From a virus (lineage: Duplodnaviria; Caudoviricetes): a stretch of DNA of 43,077 nt. The stretch covers positions 1 through 43,077 of IMG/VR virus record IMGVR_UViG_3300023055_000275. One strand, given 5' to 3'. This document shows positions 7,196 to 17,391 of the stretch, in pieces (within the stretch, counting starts at the first letter, position 1; the number at the start of each line of letters is the position of its first letter). The notes under the pieces were generated by a model, which did not search any database, was not told the DNA's origin, and saw only the letters and a list, made by a program, of their open reading frames with translations. The position numbers were made by a program, and so were the translations under genes.

Positions 7196-9397
7196 TCAAC
7201 CTCCAATTGAAATGAGCTGGTGACACAGCGCTTTGTGCATCTGCCGACCGCCGCATTCCGGGCTCCACTGCCCGATGGATGCGACGCTCCGGATGGTGGA
7301 ACGCGGGACGGTGGCTGCCTCGCGTGGCACGCCGGTCGTGTGTCCAACAACCGCCGCGCCAACCTGGGTGACTGCAGCGGTATCGGCCACGGTGATAGTG
7401 ATCTGGCTGCCGCTGACGGCGACTGAATCCACAGTCCCCACGTCGACGGTGATGCCGGCGTTCGCGATGTCAGCCACGGCCCAGTTGGCATCTCGAACCG
7501 CAGCCTCGCTCAACTGCACTTGGATCTGGGTGGAGCTGAGCCTGGTAGCGGAAACCATGTGCAGCGGACGCCAGTACCCCGTCCTTTCCATAACTTCGAC
7601 GGCGCGATCAAAGAACTCCCCGCGCATCGCCTGGCCAACGCTGGTGTTGTGGAGGAAGTCGCTGTGGAAGGGGTAACAGTAGGTCGGGCCGAGGCACCAG
7701 AAGTCCCCCCACTTCTGTTCGATAGCCAGAGCTTTCTCCAACACCGAGCGCGGTGCCTGCGAACCACCGATGAAGCTGCTCATCTGGCTGGTCATCATGC
7801 GCAGCGGGATGGTCTGGCCGGTGATGGGGTAGATGGCGGCTTGATGTGCCTGGAGCAGGCTGTAGTGCTTGTCGCCAATCAGACTGTCGCCGGCGTTGCT
7901 CTCCATCTGTGCCATGTTCAGCCACGCGTGCGCGAACCGATTCCCCTGCGCCGCAAGGATCTGGGTGATCCGGGTGACGGTGGCGATGACGTTCGCGAAG
8001 TAGAAATAGCCGGCCGGCGCCCCGGGCATCATGTTCTGGATCGACTGCCCGCCTTCACCGTTTGTCCAGACCACCACCGCAGGCGCCCAGCCGTTCAACT
8101 CCGCAGCCGCACGACGAACGTAACTACGCCCTGCGGCTTCTTCTGCCACAGTGCCGTGCTGGTTGGTCGAGGCGATGACGCTACGCAGCCTCGCGAGGCC
8201 TGTGATCGAGGAAGGGACCAGCTCAGTAGAGAGGCCGCCCTGCGTGGGCGTTCCCATCCAGACGTTGTCGGCCGCCGTCGCTGGCATCAGCAGCTTGGTC
8301 GGTGCCTCGTAGAACTCCCCGTACACGATCGAGCGGCTTGAGCCGGCCTGGCCCGCCGCGTTGGACTGGCCAGCTCCTGAGATGCCGCGAACCACATCCA
8401 CCGGATAACGATTCGCAGAACCGAGCGCAATACGAACTGCGTGCGCCAAACCTTCCGGATCCCGGTACACGCCCTTGCCAGCGCCTCCCTCCGTCTGCAC
8501 CTGGACCCACGTCCGCGATGGATCTGCGTCCACAACACGGTCACCCAAGCCGCCCACACTGCGCAGAGCGCCAGCATCGATGTAGGCGACATCGTCATCG
8601 TCTGCGGTTGAACCTTGGCCGCCACCGCCCGGGTAGAGCCGGTCCTCGCTGATGCTGTAGTAGACCAGCGGGTAGATTTGCCCATCGCTCGGATCGCGCG
8701 TAGCCAGCAACGGGACGATGTCCCCATCGATGGTGAACAGGCGCGCGGTGTCTGGAACTGCCCTTGCCAGGTTGTTCAGCGCGATGCTGTTGATGCTCGG
8801 GTTGTCCGGTGCGAACCATGCCAGAAGCTCGCCGGTCGAGACACGGAAGGCAGCCAGCGGCACACCCGTTGCAGGGTCGATCGCACCGATGGGAACCAGG
8901 TCATCGTCAGCCAGGAACAGGCTGAACTGGTCGAAGGGCACCATCACCGCGTCGACCTTCTGCGAGACGGTAGTGTTCGATGCCTTCGTGTTGACCTCCG
9001 ACTGGTTTGCCTTCTGGCTGAGTACATCCGGGCTGCGGAACTGGAGGCCAGCGCCGACCATCACGAAGCGACCGCTGTTCGACACCGTCAGCCCTGACAC
9101 CGGGTCGGTGTGGGTGCCCGAGTCGCCGATCACCGCCACCTGACGATTGACCGGGATCTGCCCTGCACCGGCTGCAGCGCTTGCCGCTGCCCAGGTCGGG
9201 AACTCTATGGTGCTGCCATCGGCTAAGAACTGCTGGAAGTCAGTCTCGATCCCGTTCCAGCTTTTTCGCTCCACGCCCAGCCGGTCCGTCCACGTCTTGG
9301 CCGTTCCGTTGATCCCGTTGTCGAGATTCTCGGCGTTGTCATACAGATCTTTGGGCGAGTTCGAACCCAGCCGGTTCCGGGTGTTGAAGGTCGTCAT
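7196..9397 (-). CDS. Tail spike/fibre with SGNH (sialate O-acetylesterase-like) domain
   Basis: N-terminal TFNTRNRLGSNSPKDLYDNAENLD tail-attachment motif; GQSN block I, QMESN block III, DFLH block V. Confidence 0.8.
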   Translation of the reverse strand: MTTFNTRNRLGSNSPKDLYDNAENLDNGINGTAKTWTDRLGVERKSWNGIETDFQQFLADGSTIEFPTWAAASAAAGAGQIPVNRQVAVIGDSGTHTDPVSGLTVSNSGRFVMVGAGLQFRSPDVLSQKANQSEVNTKASNTTVSQKVDAVMVPFDQFSLFLADDDLVPIGAIDPATGVPLAAFRVSTGELLAWFAPDNPSINSIALNNLARAVPDTARLFTIDGDIVPLLATRDPSDGQIYPLVYYSISEDRLYPGGGGQGSTADDDDVAYIDAGALRSVGGLGDRVVDADPSRTWVQVQTEGGAGKGVYRDPEGLAHAVRIALGSANRYPVDVVRGISGAGQSNAAGQAGSSRSIVYGEFYEAPTKLLMPATAADNVWMGTPTQGGLSTELVPSSITGLARLRSVIASTNQHGTVAEEAAGRSYVRRAAAELNGWAPAVVVWTNGEGGQSIQNMMPGAPAGYFYFANVIATVTRITQILAAQGNRFAHAWLNMAQMESNAGDSLIGDKHYSLLQAHQAAIYPITGQTIPLRMMTSQMSSFIGGSQAPRSVLEKALAIEQKWGDFWCLGPTYCYPFHSDFLHNTSVGQAMRGEFFDRAVEVMERTGYWRPLHMVSATRLSSTQIQVQLSEAAVRDANWAVADIANAGITVDVGTVDSVAVSGSQITITVADTAAVTQVGAAVVGHTTGVPREAATVPRSTIRSVASIGQWSPECGGRQMHKALCHQLISIGG

Positions 9398-9418
9398 GGT
9401 GCAGCGTCTCCAGTGATG

Positions 9419-12400
9419 CTACGGCGCGTTGGCGTCGTCGTATTGGTAGAAGGCGGGGTCGTACTGCAGGGCGGTCAGCTCGACCGAGCCGTCTTCGCCT
9501 GGCGTGAGGTCGGCCAGCACGGCGTCATACCCAGCGCGCGTGCTGTCGCAGAAGATCAGCTCCGGCGGGTCAATCGTCGGGTCGTCCATGATCCAGGTGT
9601 TGAAGGCGTGCTCGCCCGGCAGCGCCGAGGCCGCGATGGTCAGCCGGTGGTCGTCTACCCGCGTGGGCACGATCACGTTCGACAGCGTTCCGTCCTGGAA
9701 CCGCACCAGGCACCGCGGCGCCGGCAGGCTCCAGTCCAGGTACTCGCCCACCTCGATCAGCAGCTGCGTGCCGTCCAGCCGCGCCGACTCGATCATGGTG
9801 CTGGTGGTGCTGGAGCCGGGAATGTCGTCGAACAGCTTCACCCGGTCGCCGTACTGGTAGACCAGCCCCATCATCTCGGTCTTGGTCTTGTAGGTCAGGC
9901 GCTGGCCCTGGTGCTTCATCAGGCGGCGCATGCCGATGCGGTACGCGCGATCGCGTGTGCCGACGCCCTGCAGCTCGTAGGTCTCCACCCTCCACGGCTC
10001 GGTCACGCCTGGCAGCCGGCACTCCACGGTCTCGGCCGCCCACGTCACCTCGTCGATGTAGGTCACGTCCACGCCGTCGTAGTCGTCCGGGCCGGGTGAG
10101 ACGAAGGACGTGCTCAGCGGCTCCAGCTGTCGCTGCGGTGAGATGCCACCGCGCCAGGCCTTCACCCCTTCCCTGCCAGCCGAGCACATGGAATCGATCA
10201 GCAGGAAGTAGCCCATGCCTGCCTGGGCGGCCATCTGCAGCAGGTCCAGTGCGCTGGTGCCGGACTTCTCCGCGCTGAAGTCGAAGAACTCACCGCGCGG
10301 CGTCCAGTAGGTGTCCTCCAGGTGCTGCAGCGTCTCCGTGTCGATCTGGTCGAAAGGAAGGCCCAGCGAGCGCATGACGTGGATCATCGCGCCGCTGATG
10401 CTGCGCGCGGCGCCGTCGTCGTACAGGCGCGTGGCCTCCACGTTGAACCGCCGGTCGGTCTGGGCGGCCAGCTTCGTGCCCGTGGTCACCGTCAGGCCGA
10501 TAGTGGTCAGGTCGTCGTAGCGGGTGGGCCGCTGCGGCAGGCGCGCACGCAGGCCCTGCCAGAAGCAGGCGTCCCGCGCCGAGTTGCCGCCGCGCTCGGT
10601 CACCCGCCGCACTCGCACCTCGATCTGCCCCGGAGTGGGTAGCGTGATCCGCTCGGTGAAGCCCAGCGCGTCCTCGGAGGTGGCCGTGTAGGTGTGGGTG
10701 CGCACGGACCAGGCATCGCCCGAGCCGAACACGCGGTAGGCCACGCGCACGGTCACCGTGAAGGTGCGCTTATTGCCCTTGTCCGTATACCAGATCAGGC
10801 CGCCCGGGAAGTTGAAGTCGTACTCGAACGCATCTGTGGTCTCGCCGCTTGGGCACACCAGGAACGGCCCCAGCCACTCCTCGCCCTCCTGGAACCCGGT
10901 CGCCCGGTAGTCGGTGGCTGTCCGGCTGGTCCAACCCGGCCAGCTGGTATCCACCACGCCAGCCTCGGTCAGCCGCTGAACCGTCAGCGTGAACCCGGAC
11001 TTGGACGCGATGCGGTACTCGCTCTGGCCGCGCGACATGGCAAGCGAGATGGAGCCCGGAGGAAGACCACCGAAGGCCGTTCCGGTCGGGCTGTCATAGG
11101 CCAGCGTCAACCGCGGCTGCGTTGCCGGCGTGCCGCCGGTCGTGGCCACACCGGCCGTGGTCGTCGGGCTACTGCCGAACACACTGGCCGGCAGGCCGCT
11201 GTAGGTGATGTTTCCGCCGGCGTAGGGGCTCTCCGCCTCGGCGATGGTCACTACCCCGCCTGACTGCGTTGCCACCAGGCCGCTGTCCACCAGCTGATCA
11301 TTGATGGCGGTCAGCAGCACGCCGATCGTGATGTAGTTCGCCACCAGCGCCACGCTGTAGGTGGTCCCGCGCCAGCTGATGCCGAAGGTGACCGGTGAAC
11401 TGCTGAAATCGAAGTTGCTCGCCGCGGCCGAGCCGACCAGCTTGGCCGGGCTGCCGCCCACGCCAGGAACCGCAGGGGAACCAGCGGTGTAGCTGGCCAC
11501 GAACAGCGCGTAATCCGCACCGTTGTAGGTCAGCAGCACCGGCATGCCCACGTAGGGGGCCAGCTCAGCTACCGCGCTGCCGGCGATGATCGAGTACAGC
11601 CCGCTGGTGGTCGCGGTGTAGGTCGCGGCCACCTTCAGCGTCAGCACGGCCCCAACCACCCAGCTTAGCGGCAGCGACGTGGCCGGCCGCTCCTTGCCGT
11701 CGGCGCCGGTGATGGTCGCGTTGTTGAGGGTGAACACGTTCCCCGACACGGTCACCGAGTCCGCATTGATGCCGGTGGACACATCCGCCGTGTCGCTCAG
11801 GTCCAGGCCGGCCGTGCCGGAGGCTGTTGCGCCCACCTCGGTGGAGTTCGCCCAGTTTTCGGAGCGCACGTCCCCGCCCACATCTGCCCCGGGCGGATAG
11901 ATCGTGATATCCACGTCGCTACCGAAGGAGCTGATGGGCGTGTTGCCTAGCCGCGCGGAACCCAGCGGGATGACGTGCCGGCCTTTGCCAACGCAGACGA
12001 ACATCTGGGTTCGGTAGGTCTTACCGCCCACGAACCGGGACACCGGCTGCACCAGGTAGTCGGCCCACACGCGGCAACGGCCCAGCACCTCGCGCACGGG
12101 GCTGCCCAGGCGAGCCGAGTTCGCCCGCGCCGTGTCCAGGCTGAGGGTGTCGCCTTGCCCGTACCGGCTTCCAGAAGGCAGGTTCGACGCCATGTAGATG
12201 GCATAGGCGGCCACGACGGCCACGATCACCCAGTACACCACCGCGGCAGCACCCTCGTAGTGCGGGACCGGGTAGATGCGCACATCGGTGTCCGCATCGA
12301 TCCACGTGTGGACCCATGTCTCCGACGGCACGACCAGGCCATCCACGTCCAGCTCGATCGGCTGTTCGCCCTGGCCGGTGTAGCCGCGCACATTGGACCG

Positions 12401-12484
12401 CAGCCAGCCGTCCACAGTGGTCCGGCCGTGCTGATGCGTCTCCAGCGCCTCGCCGGGCATGCGCGATGGGAACACCCGGATCAC
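9419..12484 (-). CDS. Tail tip/host-specificity protein (lambda J-like)
   Basis: 1021 aa; ARLGSPVREVLG and VWADYLVQP motifs; position after the NlpC/P60 gene. Confidence 0.85.
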   Translation of the reverse strand: MIRVFPSRMPGEALETHQHGRTTVDGWLRSNVRGYTGQGEQPIELDVDGLVVPSETWVHTWIDADTDVRIYPVPHYEGAAAVVYWVIVAVVAAYAIYMASNLPSGSRYGQGDTLSLDTARANSARLGSPVREVLGRCRVWADYLVQPVSRFVGGKTYRTQMFVCVGKGRHVIPLGSARLGNTPISSFGSDVDITIYPPGADVGGDVRSENWANSTEVGATASGTAGLDLSDTADVSTGINADSVTVSGNVFTLNNATITGADGKERPATSLPLSWVVGAVLTLKVAATYTATTSGLYSIIAGSAVAELAPYVGMPVLLTYNGADYALFVASYTAGSPAVPGVGGSPAKLVGSAAASNFDFSSSPVTFGISWRGTTYSVALVANYITIGVLLTAINDQLVDSGLVATQSGGVVTIAEAESPYAGGNITYSGLPASVFGSSPTTTAGVATTGGTPATQPRLTLAYDSPTGTAFGGLPPGSISLAMSRGQSEYRIASKSGFTLTVQRLTEAGVVDTSWPGWTSRTATDYRATGFQEGEEWLGPFLVCPSGETTDAFEYDFNFPGGLIWYTDKGNKRTFTVTVRVAYRVFGSGDAWSVRTHTYTATSEDALGFTERITLPTPGQIEVRVRRVTERGGNSARDACFWQGLRARLPQRPTRYDDLTTIGLTVTTGTKLAAQTDRRFNVEATRLYDDGAARSISGAMIHVMRSLGLPFDQIDTETLQHLEDTYWTPRGEFFDFSAEKSGTSALDLLQMAAQAGMGYFLLIDSMCSAGREGVKAWRGGISPQRQLEPLSTSFVSPGPDDYDGVDVTYIDEVTWAAETVECRLPGVTEPWRVETYELQGVGTRDRAYRIGMRRLMKHQGQRLTYKTKTEMMGLVYQYGDRVKLFDDIPGSSTTSTMIESARLDGTQLLIEVGEYLDWSLPAPRCLVRFQDGTLSNVIVPTRVDDHRLTIAASALPGEHAFNTWIMDDPTIDPPELIFCDSTRAGYDAVLADLTPGEDGSVELTALQYDPAFYQYDDANAP

Positions 12485-12858
12485 GCGTAGTACTCCACCC
12501 GATTGAACCGGCGCTCAAAGCGCGCGACCGGCAGCACTGTCACGTTGCGGCCGTCGTTGCACTCCAGAGTGCACATGCGCCCGTCGACCTCCACCAGAAC
12601 CGCCACATGCGTGACCATGCTGCCCTCGTAGCAGAAGGCCACTGCACCCTCCACCAGATCGCTGCCGGCGTGCTGCAGCGCCGCCTGCTGGGCCAGCTCC
12701 GGCAGATCCTCCCGGGTCGCACCCGGATGCTCGTCCCAGGCCGGCAGGCCCAAGTCGCGGCGGACCTCATTGACCACGCCGTAGCAGTCCAGCTCGGGGA
12801 ACACGCGGCCGCCGCTGACCCAGACGACGTCCAGGTACTTTTCCAGTTTGATCTTCAT
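12481..12858 (-). CDS. NlpC/P60-family tail assembly protein (K-like)
   Basis: GGRVFPELDCYG and THVAV motifs; ATGA overlap with neighbours. Confidence 0.85.
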   Translation of the reverse strand: MKIKLEKYLDVVWVSGGRVFPELDCYGVVNEVRRDLGLPAWDEHPGATREDLPELAQQAALQHAGSDLVEGAVAFCYEGSMVTHVAVLVEVDGRMCTLECNDGRNVTVLPVARFERRFNRVEYYA

Positions 12859-13337
12859 GAGATGTAGCGCAGCCCGGGGTGCTTGGAGAGATTGAAGCGG
12901 TCGCGCGGCCAGGCCGTGTCGAGGATGTTCATGAAGCCGGCCGTGATCTGGACCTCGGTAGCCGACCACTGCCCGCCCTTGATGACCATCGAGAGAGGGC
13001 GCTTGATCGGCGCCAGAAGATCGCTGCTGAGGTACACCCGCAGGGTCACGGTCATCTCTTGGCGGGCGGCCAGCGCGGCGCGGATCTTGGTGCTCACCAG
13101 GCCGTCGATGTTGGTAAGGGCAAAGTTGAGATCCTGTATACCGTCCGCGTTACGCGCAGGCTTGGCCACGTCCATGCCGCATGCCTTGAAGTTGACTTGC
13201 TCGCCGGTTTCCAGAACCGCCTGCAGATCCTCCCAGCCCCTGGTGAGGTAGTGGGTCTCACTGCCCACGGTGATGGCCAGCGTGTCATGCTCGATCTCGC
13301 TGCCACCGGAGGCGTAAAGACGTTCAAGAATGCTCAT
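12855..13337 (-). CDS. Minor tail protein (DUF1833-like)
   Basis: 160 aa; ERLYASGG start; position in tail tip cluster. Confidence 0.75.
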   Translation of the reverse strand: MSILERLYASGGSEIEHDTLAITVGSETHYLTRGWEDLQAVLETGEQVNFKACGMDVAKPARNADGIQDLNFALTNIDGLVSTKIRAALAARQEMTVTLRVYLSSDLLAPIKRPLSMVIKGGQWSATEVQITAGFMNILDTAWPRDRFNLSKHPGLRYIS

Positions 13338-13795
13338 GGCTCAGGCCACTCCCTGTTCGCCGCCAAGTCGATCACGTTGGCTTGGAGGAATCCTTCCGGA
13401 TACTCCGACCACCCATCGGCCAGCAGGGGGCGTTTGTAGAGTTCCAGCGGCGCTATGTAGAGCCACAGGTTTCCCTGGGTTAGGGTCGGCCCATCGTAGA
13501 TGTCGATAAATCGGGCCTTGTAGTAGTCCATGCCCAACGGGCTACGCAGGCGGCACGCAAACCACGCGACGCCATCAATCAGCTGCTCTTGGAACCATTT
13601 CTCGAACAGCGCCGCCTGCTGGTCGTCAAGCAGCCAGCGCACCTCGGTCTGGCTCGGCGTGGCGGTGTAGGCCCGACGAGGCAGAGAACGTCCACTCACG
13701 AACGTTGCGCGCTTCAGGGGCGAAATGTGCCGCAGGCCGTACCCTTCCCTGAGTGGTTCGGGTAGCCAAGACGGCTGCATAATCAACGTAGCCAC
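13334..13795 (-). CDS. Minor (distal) tail protein
   Basis: 153 aa; LPEPLREGY and FEKWF...DGVAWF motifs; downstream of tape measure. Confidence 0.75.
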   Translation of the reverse strand: MATLIMQPSWLPEPLREGYGLRHISPLKRATFVSGRSLPRRAYTATPSQTEVRWLLDDQQAALFEKWFQEQLIDGVAWFACRLRSPLGMDYYKARFIDIYDGPTLTQGNLWLYIAPLELYKRPLLADGWSEYPEGFLQANVIDLAANREWPEP

Positions 13796-13820
13796 TTACT
13801 GTCCCCAGGAATATAGAACC

Positions 13821-14126
13821 ATGAATGAAAACGACCTTTTCAGGCTGTCCCTTATCGGGGAGCGACACGCGAATTCGATGCTCATCTCCATAGCCCTGGC
13901 GATGGCCACTAAAGACAGCGAGGAAAAGCTGGCGGTCCTTCGGTCAATCCTTCTTCAGCTGAAATCCGACTGGCCTTCCGGCCTTTCCGAGAGATATCCC
14001 GATCTACCCAAGGAGTTTCTCGACGTGATAGCCAAGGCTTTCTCCTCCCAGATCGATTCAGTCCTATCAACGACGGAAGTGACAGCAAGCGCTATGGATG
14101 AAGCAGCTGACACGTCTGTTCACTAG
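13821..14126 (+). CDS. Hypothetical protein, antisense moron in tail operon
   Basis: 101 aa ATG ORF filling the gap between tape measure and distal tail genes; visibly lower GC. Confidence 0.65.
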   Translation: MNENDLFRLSLIGERHANSMLISIALAMATKDSEEKLAVLRSILLQLKSDWPSGLSERYPDLPKEFLDVIAKAFSSQIDSVLSTTEVTASAMDEAADTSVH

Positions 14127-16645
14127 CGCACGCGTCTCTTTGCGCCCCATCCAGCCGCGTATGCCTTGGACATAGGCCCGCGGCCAGCGGCAACATCCCC
14201 TGCCTGTTTGAGGTTGTTGCTATTGATCGCGGAGCGAATCTCGGACTTCATAAGCTGAATGGTCCGCTCATCTGGATTCCCGTTGACGTTCACCACTGGG
14301 GCGTACGTAAGCGGGGCAGCGGGTGCCACATCCTTGGACACGCGATCAAGCGTGGCATCCAGCTTTGCGCTGGTTGCCGCCGTGGTCACGCGCTCGCCCT
14401 TCTGCAGCAGCCAAGTGCCCGTTTCAGGAACGCTGTCGATGCCGTCGTGGGCCATGCCTACCGCAGAGACCTCGCCAACCAGGTTCGCCACCGCTGCAGC
14501 GGCCGCAGCCATGGCGGCCAGGTTGGCTGGGAATGGCAAACCACTGGAAAGCGCGGAGCTGACCGCGTCCTTGGCAGCCAGTGCGGCCTTTGCAACCGAA
14601 AAGGCTTTGCTGATCGCGAACGCGGCCCTGTAAATCCCGGACTGCTCACCGAACCCAGCGCGCATCACGCCGGCGACACCGGCCAGTCCCTGTTCTGCCG
14701 CGGTCAGCCCGACCTGCCACCTTGCCTTGTCCAGCTCGTCCAGCCTGGACTGATGCTTGGCGGAAAGCGCTGCCTCCTGGCTGTCCCACTCTTCAGTCAG
14801 ATCAGCGCGCGCCTGCCGGTACTCCTCAAGTGCCTGCAGCTGCGCGGCGTAGCGCTTGTTCTCCTCCTCGACCGCCTTGTCGATCTTGGAGAACTCGCCG
14901 CTGGCGCCACCGTACAGCGCATCTGGTCCCCGATACTCGCTGCCCGCAGCGCTTCCAACCTGCTCGATTGCTTTTCCGGCGACCTTCGCGAACTCGGGGT
15001 CGTTCGCAGCCCCCACGGCTGCGGCAGCCTGCAGCACCTTCAGGCGTTCCCGAGCCAGGTCCACACCCAGCGCGTCCTTCTTGTTGAGCTCGTCCCTTAG
15101 CTTGACGAATGCCTCAGTGGCCTTCGCAGCCGCCTCGTTGGCCGTCTTCTGCTCCTGCAGAAGATCCAGATTTCGGGCGTCAAGGCGAAGCGACTCCTGC
15201 TTGCTGGCATTGAGACCTTTCAAGGCTCCGTGCGCAATGTCGAAGTTAAGCCTCTGCAACTCGGTGGCGCGCCCAGACCGATCTGCGCTCGTGTCGAACA
15301 GCTCGATCTGCCGTTTCAGCTGCAGCGAAGCGGCCTCATACGCGCGTTCCAGTTGCTGCTGGCCGGCCAAACGCTTCTTGGCATTCTCCGCATCAGCGGC
15401 GGCTGCTGCGGCCGATGCCGCTGCTGCCCGGGCAGCCGGATCTCCCGTCACTCCCGAAGGTGGCAAGCTGGCTTCAATCAGCCTCACAGTGGGCGTAGGC
15501 CGCGGCTGCATAGCGGCCCAGCCGCGGTCGGCGAACTGAGTCCCGGCCTGATAGTCCTTTGCGAACTGGCTCCATCCACCGCCCTGCGAGCCGAACAGGC
15601 CGCTGTACTGGCCGGTTGCGAGCTTCAATACCGCGTTGCCCTGCTTTTCGATTGCCACCAGGCCGCCTCGGACACGGTCCAGGCCTTCGATCGTCCCGCT
15701 GAAGATGCCACCGAGGTCACTGATCTGCCGGAAGCTGTCTGCGATCGACGCAGTGAGGTTTCGGACCTCGGTGCCGTCCTTCAGATAGGTGGCGAAGTCC
15801 GTCAGGATCGATCCGAGGCCTGCAATCATCGCGTCGAACCCCTCCCTGACCAGAGGGTCGTTGAGGGTGTCGATGAAGGAATTGATTGCAGCGGTGGCGC
15901 CTGCCAGGCTTCCATCACGACCAGTGGTGAGATCGTCGATGGTGTGGCGAAGTGCCGTCAGCGAACCACCGAAGGTGTCCCGTGCCGCCAGTGCGGCACC
16001 AGCGTACGACTCCTCAAGGATCTCCAGGATCATCACCTGGGCCTCGCCTTCCTTGCCGGCCCTGACCAGCTCGTCGATCGTACCGCGCACTTCCTTCGTG
16101 AAGGCGGCACCGAAGCCCTGCTGGGCGAGCGCGGCGGCCGCCTTGCTGGGCGATTCCAGCGCGCGGCCGATGGTCTCCGCCGACTGGCTGACGCTGATGC
16201 CAAGGCGCGCCGACTGGTCGATGACCGCCTGCATGGCGCGGGGGATATTGGAGGCCAGAATGCCCGAGTAGGAAAGCAGGCGCGTCTGTGCCTCGACGAT
16301 CTCCCCACCACTGAACGTGGACTTGCTGGCCAGCGTATCGGCCATGTCCAGCAGCTGCTGCCTGGTGTACCCGGCGGCCCCGCCAGTTGACCGGATGATT
16401 GCATCGAGCTGCGCAACCTCGCGCTCCGCACTCATCGTGTTCCGAGCGATCAACAGCCCAACCGTTGAAAGCCCGGCAAGCGCTGCGGTCATGCCAGCGG
16501 CGAGCGCCAGACCGGCCAGCTTCGCCTCTGCCTCGACCTTCTTGCGCCACTTCTCCGCCCGGCGCTCAGACTTGTCCAGGCCGGACGCGAAGCCGCCGAC
16601 CTCGGCGATAACGTCGATGGTCAGCGTACCAAGGGACCGGGACAT
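14123..16645 (-). CDS. Tail tape measure protein
   Basis: 840 aa Ala-rich helical protein; SLGTLTIDVIA start; GMAHDGIDSVPETGTWLLQKGERV C-terminal motif. Confidence 0.92.
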   Translation of the reverse strand: MSRSLGTLTIDVIAEVGGFASGLDKSERRAEKWRKKVEAEAKLAGLALAAGMTAALAGLSTVGLLIARNTMSAEREVAQLDAIIRSTGGAAGYTRQQLLDMADTLASKSTFSGGEIVEAQTRLLSYSGILASNIPRAMQAVIDQSARLGISVSQSAETIGRALESPSKAAAALAQQGFGAAFTKEVRGTIDELVRAGKEGEAQVMILEILEESYAGAALAARDTFGGSLTALRHTIDDLTTGRDGSLAGATAAINSFIDTLNDPLVREGFDAMIAGLGSILTDFATYLKDGTEVRNLTASIADSFRQISDLGGIFSGTIEGLDRVRGGLVAIEKQGNAVLKLATGQYSGLFGSQGGGWSQFAKDYQAGTQFADRGWAAMQPRPTPTVRLIEASLPPSGVTGDPAARAAAASAAAAAADAENAKKRLAGQQQLERAYEAASLQLKRQIELFDTSADRSGRATELQRLNFDIAHGALKGLNASKQESLRLDARNLDLLQEQKTANEAAAKATEAFVKLRDELNKKDALGVDLARERLKVLQAAAAVGAANDPEFAKVAGKAIEQVGSAAGSEYRGPDALYGGASGEFSKIDKAVEEENKRYAAQLQALEEYRQARADLTEEWDSQEAALSAKHQSRLDELDKARWQVGLTAAEQGLAGVAGVMRAGFGEQSGIYRAAFAISKAFSVAKAALAAKDAVSSALSSGLPFPANLAAMAAAAAAVANLVGEVSAVGMAHDGIDSVPETGTWLLQKGERVTTAATSAKLDATLDRVSKDVAPAAPLTYAPVVNVNGNPDERTIQLMKSEIRSAINSNNLKQAGDVAAGRGPMSKAYAAGWGAKRRVR

Positions 16646-16708
16646 AGCTCTCTCTGCTGCAGGGGCTGGCCGGTGGCCAGCCGGGTTGATGCGCGCCACA
16701 CGCGCCGG

Positions 16709-17013
16709 CTACCACTGCTTCATCGCCTCCTCGAGGCTGATGGGCTCGGCATCCACGTAGGGCATGAAGTCGGCGGCCTTGAACTGGGCGCTGCCTGGCT
16801 TGCGGTTCGAGTTGGCGAACAGCGCGGCCAGCATCCCTGCAGCGGCATCCAGCCGGCCGCCCAGGTTCAAACTGCCGCGCCGGGCGCGGTACAGGCTCCA
16901 GAGCTGGAACTCCCGGATGCCGAGGCACTCCTTTGCCTCGGCGATGCTGCGGCCTCCAATCCCGTTCAGGACCAGCTCGCACCACAGCTCATCCTCCGGG
17001 GTCAGCTCGTAGC
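16709..17013 (-). CDS. Tail assembly chaperone C-terminal (T-like) segment reached by -1 frameshift
   Basis: -1 frame continues [28 protein letters not shown] after the slippery site. Confidence 0.8.
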
Positions 17014-17391
17014 TTTTCCCAGGTTGTTCACCTCGCCGATGGCCATCAGCAGCGCCACGGACAGGTTGCCATCCAAGGCACCGCGCTCCGGGTCGGCCTC
17101 GCCGGTGATATCCGCGACGGTGAACACGGCCTTGCCGCTCTCGTCGCAGATGCTGGCCGCGATGCGGCCGGCCACGCCGTCGTGCTTGTTCGTGGCCGAG
17201 AGCACGTCGGACACCGCCGTCTGGAAGCCCAGCGGCCGCACGTAGACCGTGGCGGTCAGCTCCTCGTCGCCCTGCTTCCAGCGGATCTCCTTCTCCACCG
17301 GACGGCCGGTAAACGCGCCGGCCTTCTGCAGGCCGGCCACGCTCAGGCTCACCGCCCGCGCGGTGGCCGTCTTCTTGGCAGCCCGGCTCAC
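17002..17391 (-). CDS. Tail assembly chaperone (G-like)
   Basis: 129 aa between tail tube and tape measure; ends at a slippery site. Confidence 0.85.
   Translation of the reverse strand: MSRAAKKTATARAVSLSVAGLQKAGAFTGRPVEKEIRWKQGDEELTATVYVRPLGFQTAVSDVLSATNKHDGVAGRIAASICDESGKAVFTVADITGEADPERGALDGNLSVALLMAIGEVNNLGKATS
17014..17020 (-). other. -1 ribosomal frameshift slippery heptamer G GGA AAA
   Basis: In-frame X XXY YYZ heptamer three codons before the stop, as in lambda G/T. Confidence 0.85.

Noticed and set aside
6419-12484. Diversity-generating retroelement or invertible tail-fibre cassette
   Set aside because: No reverse transcriptase or invertase in the window and no template/variable repeat pair seen
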